Below are positions 12,821 through 24,158 of a stretch of DNA of 64,000 nt, piece by piece. Both the position numbers and the translations under genes were made by a program. This DNA is from Raillietiella orientalis (taxonomy: Eukaryota). Numbering within the stretch: the first letter of the stretch is position 1; the number at the start of each line of letters is the position of its first letter. Under the pieces are notes generated by a model, which saw nothing but the letters and a program-made list of their open reading frames with translations, ran no database searches and had not been told where the DNA came from. Location: NCBI GenBank assembly GCA_036172245.1, contig JAYWIR010000053.1, positions 558,001 to 622,000 on the forward strand, written 5' to 3'.

Positions 12821-13444
12821 TTAGATTGTCAACTGTTTCCTGAGTTCTTTCATCCACAAATGGCGATTTTCGCGGGTTAACTTTTTGCACAACCACTGCA
12901 GTGTGATAGGGCAGGAGAGATCGATTTGTTCTTGAAAATGAGTAGCATCATCAAGGTCTTTGAAGATCATATGACTGAGGCTGTCAGCTGATGACAAATT
13001 CATGGCAGTTGTTTTTCCCTAGATTACTCACTGCACAGTAATCCTTTCATAATGCACGTAGTGTGATTGGAGAAAATATGATAAGTATCTGCGTTCTCCC
13101 ACACACTATAAGTTGCCTCGATATGGTCTGAACCAAGCACAGGTAAAGATTCAGAGTAGTGAGCCTGGTATCGGTGGTAACCATTTATGACACCTAAATC
13201 CGTGAAAACAAAATGCAGTCTGCACCGCAAATTAAGTGAATTCCGTTTCTGCTCACGTAAGAGGTTGCAGTTTTGCTGCATTGTTCAGATCAGAAGCATA
13301 TTGCCAAGTCTCTATGGCAGGTACATGTGGAATTTCCATGGTGAAAGTTAGTCTGTGGCGACATTTGCATAATAGTGATGAAATCAACAAGCAAACAGCT
13401 ACCCCAACTATGTGCCAACAAGTTATTTTCTTGAATACTGACAT
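12821..13444 (-). CDS. Uncharacterised ~180-aa protein: N-terminal membrane anchor plus probable SRPBCC/START-like (helix-grip) domain
   Basis: Exons 13444-13257, 13219-13032, 12987-12821 with GTGAG..CAG introns of 37 and 44 nt join in frame (543 nt): MSVFKKITCWHIVGVAVCLLISSLLC...ETWQYASDLNNAAKLQPL...YSESLP...SNHTTCIMKGLLC...FQEQIDLSCPI...MKELRKQLTI. The fold is inferred from the pattern only. Confidence 0.7.
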
Positions 13445-15401
13445 GGGTCTTTTGATAACTATTGAAAGCAGAAAACAATTGTACTGACTGGTGGTGCATG
13501 ACAGGTTGAGGTATGGGGCCATCACAGGTCAATACAGAGCACAAAAACAGCACGAATAGTGCCAAAGAGTAAACAGTGAGTGCATTTCATGCTCAGTTGA
13601 CCAGCGTGACTTCCTGTCTACATGGCCACCTTGTCACAGAACAATCGCAGTATCATTGCTTCTTGCTACAATTAAATCAGTAGGTATTAACCAAAACTGC
13701 TGTTTCAAACTTCAGGTGAGTTGAGGTCTCTAGTGGAAAATACAGGATTCAGTGCAAAAAGACTCGCATCACAAGAACATGAGATAAGAGTTTTGTAAAT
13801 ACGAAAAATGTCCCAATAAAATCTCCAATACCAGCTTTCAAAACTCCCGAGTGGTTAAAAAAAAAAAAAAAAAAACTGATGCAGCTGTGAAAAAGTGATG
13901 CACTGTGCAAAAATCAATTTTTTTCTTTTACAAATTGCACCTTTATTCTCAAAGCAGATCCACCGCCACTTCTTATCAACCAACGTGCATTTGTGCAAAA
14001 AATTAAAAAATGCCTCACATTTATGTACGTACGCACCATAGTATGGCTTATGCACCCATCTGAAGAGCAAACGTTTAAGGGGCAATTCCTCTGCCACTGC
14101 ATAACCTATCCAGTGTAGTTGTAAGATCAAAAAGTGATTTCCCAAGAGTCATGAACACTAACAAGCTCATATAACGAGAATGCCTGTGAAGTAATTGAAT
14201 CCCGCCTACATTAACGGATCCGATTTCATGCCGATGTAACACTCACGTACTACAAAAAAAAAATGGGAAGGACTTTCTGTTCGAATATTGTTTGTAGTAG
14301 TACAAAAGTTGAATGTGCACACATCCAATACTGATATGGCAATCACAGGAGATAAAACAAAAATAATTTTATAAGTTTACAACTGAGTGAGATTTTCCTA
14401 AACAGATTCAACAGGCACACCTTCCTCTTTACATAGTTTTTGTTCTGATCCTCAAACTGAAATAAAGTGATGACAGTCTTATCCTAGCAGCATAAAACAG
14501 CAGCAGCACACTACTAAAATCGGACACTAAACATTTCTTTTTCTGAACTCAGTTTGTCTTACCGACATGAAGAACTTTACGAAATTGTGGATCTTTGGTC
14601 ACAAGACTATACAATCAATTCATGCAATAAGCAACTCATCTCCTTTATTGCATCTTTTCTGTTGAATGGTTGGATAGGCCTGGTAATTTAAAGATCTACG
14701 CTGCTGCCATGGATTTACTTTTGCTGCAGCAGTGGATTAGAACCAAACAGATTCTTTTTCTCCCTTGCTATTGAAAGCGAGATTCTCACTCTACAACTTT
14801 TACAACTAACGAAACATTTTCCCTTGATTAATGGAGCTGTCTATTAGACTTGAATCCATAGCAAAGCACTTATCAAATAAATCCAAAATATGTGCACCTG
14901 ATGTCACAATGAATGGAAGAATGGCATCTCAGCCACACTGCAAACATGGGAAATGAAACAATGCTTTGATGAAAAAGGTTCGATGGAACATCAGTTGCTC
15001 GATTATCTCTGAATTTTTTTTTTTTATTGACTCTCACCATCTTGCCACTGGGAAGTTAATTTAACTAATCAGAAGTACGTAATATCCCCGAATTCTAAAT
15101 GCATTATGCTGACTGAGAAAATGCCTCAAGATATAAAGTTGTGTTAACAGATTCAGCCTATTCATGCAATGATCATTTATTGCATGTGTGCACATTCAGC
15201 ATGCAATGATCATTATGGCTATGAAACAATTTTACCCAACCTAGACGTGCATGTTGAGCAGAAATACTTAACAATCACCTCATATCACTTATTCCCTAAC
15301 ATTCATGCAATATCACTGCATCTCCATTCTTTCTCTCATTATTGCAGGGAAATCCATTGCCATGACTTTGATTCAGTCTCTATGCTGAAGAAATCATTTT
15401 T

Positions 15402-17838
15402 CTACATCTCCATAGAATTTTTATTATTTATGCACACATAACTATCAGGTAAAGGCAAAGCTTTGGATTGAAAACTGTCCATCCGGGAATTCAAAATCAT
15501 AGACCTTTTCTCATCCCAGCAGCTATCAGATAATTGAAGTTTCAATGCTGCATTGCACATCCTTTGTAGGAATCTTGGAAGGCCTAGAAGAGCAGCTATG
15601 AAAAACCTGAGATCATTTCATCTTTACCTGTAGATGCAATCCAGTTGGTCAGATATGAAGGCAGAACAGTTTCCCCTTCCTCAACATAACTGAGAGTAAA
15701 TTCTACGCCAGTCTACATGGGAAAAGGAGTCACATAACATAGCTGATGTGCACCTTACCTGAGCTCCAGAAAGAGGCCTCACAAGCATAACTGACTCATA
15801 AAACTGTATACGTTTGCAGCATGGCTGCACAGGACATGCAGGGTGTTCAGTTGTTTGACTCACAATGATTACCAAGTTTTGCTTATGGTGCTCCACATGC
15901 TGTCTTTTAAAAACATAATCTCGACTAACAAAGGGAAACTACAAAAATATCAAACAATCACAAAGTAAATGCCTACTGGATATTTGGTTTTCCAATACAA
16001 AATAACAGCATTAGAGATGTCATCTTGTTCCACTTCACGCACCTCCACAGTAGATTCATCCCAAATGCAACGATAATTAATGTCGAGCTGGGTAGTCACA
16101 AAAGCTTGCAGACTCACTTCACTCATGATGCCATGGACTTCACAGAAAAATAAAAATGTAAGCTACCGTTTTCTTACCCTTGTAACAAAACCGGTTGTTT
16201 TTCTCAGTCTTTCTCCAAATTACAATGTTTGGACATTCTAAAAATGGTTCCCAACCATCCTTTTTCGATTCAGACAGGGAAGGCAACTGACACAAACAGT
16301 AGCATACGTTTGTCATTTTCTGAAAAAAAGGTTGTTTCTGATGAATTATAAATCACCATTTACCTGACCAACTGGTTTCCGTTTATTACAATTTGAACAC
16401 ACAAGTGTTTCCTGCATCAACTGCTGTACATAATCAAACTCAGTTTCGTACCTAAAAATTCATTAAAAACAGGTGTACAAAAGGACAGTTTTTACTAAGG
16501 ATTGCTATAAGGAACAATGGAGAAAAATTTAAGTACATCCATTAACTAAGCAGCATGATTCATTCAGGTTTATTTTTACTTGTGATATATACTTTACTAA
16601 CACCGAGATCACAACAAAAGGGCAAAGAATACAGATTTTAAGAGTAATTAAATCATTACTAACATGAAAGCATATAAGAACCAGAATAACTGCAGTGACT
16701 GCAGTTGGCAAAAATTAATAATTGCACATATTGCTATCTAAAGTATTCAACCTATGGATACCCCACACTGATAGGTAACTGCAGATATTTAATATTACAT
16801 TAAATATTAGATAAAATAAGTAAAATACAATTATATAATTACTTAAATTTAACACTAGATTAAATATTTACAATTACCTATCAGTGTGGGATATCTTCTA
16901 ATATTTAATCACTAATCAATATTTAGTAATAAATTGATATAAACTACGGACAATGGTGCTCATGATAAAAACAAAATATTGCTTAGAAGTAGAGTGAAGG
17001 GACTGATTTTAGATGATAAAAATAAAATGCATGAAACGATACAAAAAATACACAATACAGTTCTAAAAACTTTCCTATTATTTTACACATCACTTAGATA
17101 TGAGGAATGTAAATAATAAAGGTAGTAAAGAATAAAGGATTACAAAACAGTGATCAAAATTCGTATTTTGAAAAGTGTACAACCAAGTATGTGCTTGTGA
17201 TTTTACTAAGGAAGATACCCCCGCTATAAGTTCTCCTACAATGATTACTTTTTCGTAATTAAAATGGTAAAAAATGACATTTCTTGAGGAAACAAAGAAA
17301 CATTCCATAACAGCGCATTAACTGCATTTCATAACAAAGTATGTATGAAATCCAAATGTGATCAATAATATAAAATAACAAGGAAAATTTACTTCAATAC
17401 TTCTTCTTCAGTTTTTCTTTCCTGCTCCCAATTATACTGGGAAGTTATACATAAGGATCCCAAAAGAAATTTATGAGAATTCTTGAGATAACGATGAGCA
17501 AGCTGCACAAAGAATTCTTTCAATGAATATCCATCCCAAAGCTTGGAATATAAAAGTAATATCTGCTGACCTCTTCGCAATCGATGTGCAGCAATGCATT
17601 CACAATTACGGATCACAATATTGCATACAAGATTTCCTTTCTCTCTCAGCATATTATCAAAATATGTCCAAAATTGGGATGCTTTCATCCATAAACCTTG
17701 TTTTTGGCCAAAGTGCCTAAGAGATGGGTGAAACCCCACACGAGAAAAACTTGAGTCTGCTTGGGCACTCCGACTGATAGATGTTTTAATTGTAGATTTC
17801 ACTACAAATCTATTTGCTGAATGTATATACAGAATCAT
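15402..17838 (-). CDS. STARD7: StAR-related lipid transfer protein 7, mitochondrial (phosphatidylcholine transfer, START domain), ~427 aa
   Basis: Exons 17838-17393, 16451-16364, 16319-16178, 16137-15977, 15938-15759, 15712-15628, 15583-15402 join in frame (1284 nt). RLRRGQQILLLYSKLW and YNWEQER match the STARD7 N-terminus. GWEPFL...YKVHG...QLDINYRCIWD...YWKTKYPFPFVSRDYV...TEHP...GLPRFL match the START domain. Confidence 0.92.
16757..16895. mobile_element. Small MITE/foldback in STARD7 intron 1
   Basis: ~37-bp imperfect inverted repeats gataccccacactgataggtaactgcagatatttaat / attaaatatttacaattacctatcagtgtgggatatc around an AT-rich spacer. Confidence 0.75.
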
Positions 17839-20219
17839 TTTGAAACTGAGAAGATCTGTTTATATATTTATCTGCATACTAGTATCAGGATCACGTTTTT
17901 GCTAAGGCACTTATAGCTCCCTACATATCATATGCGATATGTGATTTCCAAGACAATTCCTGGAATAAAACAAACAGGCTTGAATGGATTCGTACAATTC
18001 CACTGATAATTATTTTATTTTAATAATCTTAATTTGAAATATTTTTTTCAATAATTCTTGATCACACTACACTACCTTACAGAATCATGCCCTCTACTGC
18101 CTAAGTTTTCTTTTAGTACTAAAAGAAAACTTATCAAAAAAATACTTGAAACATTTCCCTGATGAGAAGGTCATGTCAACATGATACCACTATTTATGCT
18201 TTTTGTGTGCACACCAGTGATCATAAGCTTTCGTGTTAGTGTTAAATACATGAATGCATGTTTTGCTGTCACTTTTTCCACCATTTCATGCGACATGATA
18301 CACCTTGAAGGGAAATTGTGATTCACATGTTGACTTAACCTCAAACTTTGTGGTGAATTTTTGTTTTGTGAAATATGTGACACTCGAGATTTTAAGTTGC
18401 AAATCATTCTTGGAATGAGCACTTCTCTGCATCGTTATATGCCACTCTGACACATGCTACTGCTGAAACAGTGATACGGTTGGTTACTTGCAATCAAAAA
18501 CAGAACACATTAAAGTTGCTTCTGAAACATTATTTAAGTCATATAACCATGATTGGCTTTCTTACTGAATATTAAAGTTTCGTACGATTATGATATTAAC
18601 AGGGTCGGAAAGCTATGTATTACTGCAAAATGCAGTTTTTCAGTACTTTAATTCAGTAATTCGTAATTTCTGCAATCATAAAAGAATTCTCGAACTCCAC
18701 AGGGAGATTTCAGCTACATGTAGACAACAAACCCTATTATGAGCAGATATAACCTTGATGAACAGAACTAAAACTCGCCTCACAAAGTTCAGACTACCTG
18801 GCAACACAACGCGATCTGCAAACCTGGACAACGATATCGCACCACCCCGCAAGGCTGCCACACGCTAGACACTGCACAACACACTGAAAGTCACCAGTAG
18901 ACAACCACCCCTTTCAAACAAATGGCGGCGATGCATAAGGCAAAGGCAACAGTTTCGGAAACAGCAAGTAAGGAAAACAAAGTATTACTAGCTGAATGCT
19001 GTCTTGCTATCAATTTTAATTTTAAATTAAACCCATGAAGATGGTGCGACCAATGCATAAAGCATCAACACTTCGATGATTTCCATTTTCAAGAGATTTC
19101 AAACGGAAAAGCTTATCAGAGAAATCAAATTTCTCTTTGTTCTAAAATTCAGTACAAGTGGAAAACAAATGCTAAACAGAGGCCAGAGATGGAAAGGTGA
19201 ATGAGCATTGTTTAAAATCTACACAAAATTTGCATTGGTTTTTTTTCAACTTGCATGTTTTTGTCATACATGATGTGAAACAACAAACACAACTTCAGGA
19301 CATTAAGGGAAATCAAACATTAAGCAAAAGTAAACTGGACCAAAAGGGAAACATTCAATTGAGAAAGTAGGAAAATTGTGTTACAGATAAATTTACAAAC
19401 CTTCAGCATTTAAGAGTCCCATTGCCATTTTGGAAGGAATTTTGGAATATCTATTTGTTTGTTTTCTCATTGATATGCTCTGTGATGTCTGAAATGAGAA
19501 AGAATGAGACACCATTTATACAGGGAATGTCCTATTCCTTTTGAGAAATCCAGTCTATTCCTCAAGGATGCCTTAAATCGATCCTGAAGTAAATCCAGAG
19601 TGCTGTTTCCCTGCCTCGTTAATTTAAGAAAATACATGAAGTACCCTACTTTGTTCCAATTCAAGAATCGCACATGTTTGCATTTAGAGTTTTTTACATT
19701 AGATGTCAAAATTTGCTATTATTTTACAATCAAGTTAGATTGAATGAACATTAGAATATATGAGGAAACCAGTCCGGTTCTATGTAATTCGCTTTCTTAG
19801 CAGTATAATAAATCTTCAACTTCCTTAGGAATACGTTTATAAAACGATTCTCACTTCATCCCAATATATCTGAGCTCCAGACTGATTTGTGCAACTAACG
19901 GGCACTCCAAGATTAGAGAACGGAGGAAAGAAAACCAAGGAAGCAATTCACATCCTTTAATAATTAATCCTATTCGCAGTCTTCATTTTGATGTTTCGAA
20001 TTTGCAAATTATTAATGATGAAACCTAACAATTTACCCTTGGTTATGAGGTTGAAGAAGTGGTAGCTAATGAAAACCATACAGTACCAAGGCTAGTTAAT
20101 TTTAAAAAAATATTGCTGTGCTTTCAGGATAGAGTGTCCAACTGTTGTTTCTCTTCGTCGATCTAACATTATTCTGCTTGCATTCTCTGTCTAATATTGA
20201 AGGTTCTCACAGCTTGTTA

Positions 20220-20255
20220 GATCTCTTAGGGTGACGTCCGTCACCCTAAGAGATC
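20220..20255. repeat. Perfect 17-bp inverted repeat with 2-nt loop
   Basis: GATCTCTTAGGGTGACG-tc-CGTCACCCTAAGAGATC. Confidence 0.9.
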
Positions 20256-20889
20256 AACCGCGTAGCTGATATCGAGCTATTCATGAGATCTCGTTTGGTG
20301 TTTCAAAGTATTCTTGCAGGCGTCAGTTCCTAGACAACAATTTAAAATTATTCAACAGCTTTTAGTGCTCTTACTGTTAACATGAGTGCCCTCCTTCGAA
20401 TGAAACTGATCCATCAAAACATATCTTGCTGAGAAAAGACACACGAATGTTCGCATCGGTGCTGTGGAGCATCTTCGTTCCTCGGTCATCCCACCGAGAG
20501 GTGTAGGCTGCAACATCGATTGCCAACTTTTGCTTTTGAGATTTGCGGATTCAAGGGGAATCCTCAAGGAGCTAGGGAAAGTACAAGGAAAGAACGTAGC
20601 TTGCGGGCGAGAGTGTGATCTCCGGGTGGCCAAATTCCAACTGTCCGGCTCGTTCTGAGGAATGCCCCTCGCCTCCTTCGGGAGGAGTCGATTCCGCCAT
20701 GCTTCCACGTGTAAGCAGTCCACTCTTTCCCATCCTTCACTTGCATGTTCAAACGGTGGAGAGAACCCCTCGCTGCCAGGCGACGGTGCCACAAACCAGA
20801 GAAACTCAGTGACAGGATATATCAAGAATCCTTTTTACCTTCGCCACATCAGGAAGGGGATTGGTTGAAAATCCCGAAAGATCTTTAAA

Positions 20890-22075
20890 GTACATACACA
20901 TGTTCATTACATACATTAATATATCAATTTACATGTCGGCTGATGAATGAAATAATATATATTATAGAGATTATAAAATAGATTACATATGGGCTCATTG
21001 TGTATATTAAGACATGGATTAACATATGTTAATATAGATCTGTATGCATATAGATTAATATACAAACTCATTTTTAACATATCCGCATTTATCAATATTT
21101 ATTAACATACGTATTTTTCATAGAATATTATTTTTACATACACATGTAGTAGCATTTATTAACATATACATTATTGATGTATTAATAATACGTTTATCAT
21201 ATATATTAATATATACATATGGACAGATTAATAGACAGATGAACATACATAGTAAAGATCATAAACCATACACACATATGTTTATAATTTAAAATCTTCA
21301 ATAATAAACATATATTGTGTGCATTTGTAAAAATATCTCTATACAATAAATATATGTTGACTCAATACATGAATATCGAATTTTCAAAAAAAAAAAATAA
21401 TTGCGCCAATTAAAAACAGTGGGAAAGAATAAAAAAGCCAACCAATTAAACCAACACTAAACAAATAAATTTCGCATTTCATTTTCCTTTCATTTCCAAC
21501 ACTCACTAAATGGAGTTTTCTCAGTAAACAATCAATGTTATTTTCAGGATTCTAATCGTACGATAAATAAATATGTTCATAAGTCGATATTTACATATTC
21601 ATTTAATATATATATTTACATAACAAAAAATATGTGTTCATTACATATATTATGTATGTTTAAGTATATAATGTATAGCATTATGCGAAAACATGCTCTT
21701 GTTTATATTTGTGTATATATAAACATATGTATTTTATAATTTCATATATACATGAATAATGCACCTTCATGTAGATATATATATATATTAATATACAATG
21801 AACATATTAGAAATTATATTAATAATATGCCTGTTGATAAATATTGGTAAATATATGTAAAATAATATTAGTGCTAATAATTTGTATATAAATAAACATT
21901 AATAAATTTGTATGTTAAAATATTTTTTTTGTATTAATTTATATGTAATTGTTTATATTAATATCCTTAACATACATATATATTGATTTTTGTAATCTTT
22001 ATAATATACATCAGCCCATATATAGATATTTATATTAATGTACATACTGAACACACATTTTTATTTTTTATAACC
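20890..22075. repeat. Extremely AT-rich low-complexity block (tatatacat/atatgt-type); similar blocks at 1-740, 45375-45575, 49145-49430
   Basis: Directly visible composition and cryptic TA/CATA/TATG repeats. Confidence 0.75.
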
Positions 22076-23421
22076 TTTGGGAATTCCCATTTGGTGATTT
22101 TGAACGCTCAGGATTTCGCCGTTCCTTCAGGAGTCACCCTTTGCAGTGGTTATTTGAAAAGCCTGCTCTCAGAAGAAGGTTGACGAAGCTCCGAGGGGGG
22201 CTGCCTCACGAGACCTCAGACCCGCCACCGTTTATTCTTGACGCCTCGAGTACATCTGGAGTCCTGGATTGAGGACAGACGAAGATGCCGGACTGCCATT
22301 GGGCTTCTGCAGATTTGATCCGAAGCAAGACATAAGTACAACGTTCCAGAAGCAAAGGTTTTCTACCTCTATCTCTGTAAATAGGAGTTTCCGGACGTTT
22401 TCTCATGAAGACTTCCCGAAACTCCGCTGATGTTTCCTTCCGAGTTCGCATACTGATTGTACTCTCTTGGGAAAAGGATGAAACAAAGGGTCCGCTTTCT
22501 TGTATTCGCGATCGCATGAGTGAGAAGCGTGGGATGGTTGAGCAGACTTAGGAAAGTGGGTTCAAAAAGCCTTATGCAGACAGTCTGACCGCTCATCCGA
22601 GAAGTGCAGACGAATAAGTCATCGTTCAACACCCGGCATTTCACCCGTTGATCAAAACTTTACCGAGTTGTCATCGTTCTGTATTTCGATTACCAGCTGA
22701 AATGAAGGTACTCGGGATTCCAAAGAATTTATGAACAAGAAGACGTCCCCCATGCCTTCTTTATCGCCTAGGAGAGATCCGTTTGTGACAAACTATCATA
22801 CCATTTTAAAAATACCGCATCGGGACTACTTAGACGACTTTGCTACAAGATAACACGTGTCTTACAAAATTCGTGTCAGTGAGTGTGATGCAACCAGTAA
22901 TATCACCACAGAAAATGAATCGGTGATCGCACCAAAGGCAACGAAGGTTTGATTTCTCTCACATCTGGAAGCAGTACGAGCTTTTGAGTTTTCCCTGCGC
23001 TATTATGAATCCCTTAAGAAAAACCCTTGAGAACCCTTAGACCCTTAAGAATCCACGTAGGTGGACTCTTATTTCTCAGATTTGCAGGTCATACTTGTTT
23101 CGAAAACTTGACCGTTTTCTGAAACAAATCTGTAAAGGAAACTTTCTTTATTGAAGATTGCACCTACCACGTTACCACCAACAGCACTTCGTCCACCAAC
23201 AATACATACGTTATAATATCTGCAAAAAATTCCATTTGGATATGAGATTTATGCAAATCCTCTATACTGTGAAATGAAGTGGGTTAAGCTGCTTGCTTTA
23301 TCACGGATTAGATTTTTTGAAACTCTGACCACATATTTGCCACACATAATCAACGAGTTTCTCTCGGTCAGAAAAGTGTTTGGCATTCATATTCTTACTC
23401 AAACAGAATTTTCGCAAACAG

Positions 23422-23456
23422 CTGAAACCGAGCATGGATTAGATGCTCGGTTTCAG
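23422..23456. repeat. Perfect 14-bp hairpin with 7-nt loop
   Basis: CTGAAACCGAGCAT-ggattag-ATGCTCGGTTTCAG, immediately followed by GTAAGT. Confidence 0.85.
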
Positions 23457-24158
23457 GTAAGTCACTTGAGTATCAGTTTGGAGACTTCTGCTTAGCACTC
23501 AACGTAGATCTTCTTTAACGCAATGGAAAGTTGTAGAAAGTGTTCTCTAGGTTGAGACTTTCGGTAACGGGCAACGTGAGCCCCCAAAGTGCCTAATCGG
23601 TTACACTGAAACAGACTAATTGTACGTTCCAACATTTTATCTTTGTTGTCACAGTCACGTGAATTTCTTCAAATTGTTTTTTTTAAAGGAAGTCATCCTT
23701 TACGTGATATATTATATAGACATGACTTTAGCTCCCACTATCTGTCCATACCCACGTGTGAATATAAAACATAATTCATTAATAAAATATTTCACTTAAA
23801 TATCTGGACGGTGAGTTTTCATGTATATCTGTACATAGTTAATCACACATGTTTGTATATGCTACATGCACTTAAACTCATCCATATCACTTCAGTAAAT
23901 GAATGTGATCCACATACTTTTAGTAGGAAAATGCAGGCTCAAATTTGTTCTTATGAATTTATGGGTACGATGTTTAACAAACATGTTTTAAGTTTCTTTC
24001 ATCATCGGCTATTCTGTTAGTTTTTCAAGTTCTGGTAATTCCTGTTTTTCTCACTTGGTGGGTAGTTTAAATTTGGAGTCGTTTAATTTGTAGTTTTTGA
24101 TTAAATCCATTTTAATTTCATTAATTTAGTTATGTTTCTTCATTTTTATGCTCCAAAT

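Noticed and set aside
20352..20868. Overlapping ORFs on both strands
   Set aside because: No recognisable family or splice structure; probably TE debris.
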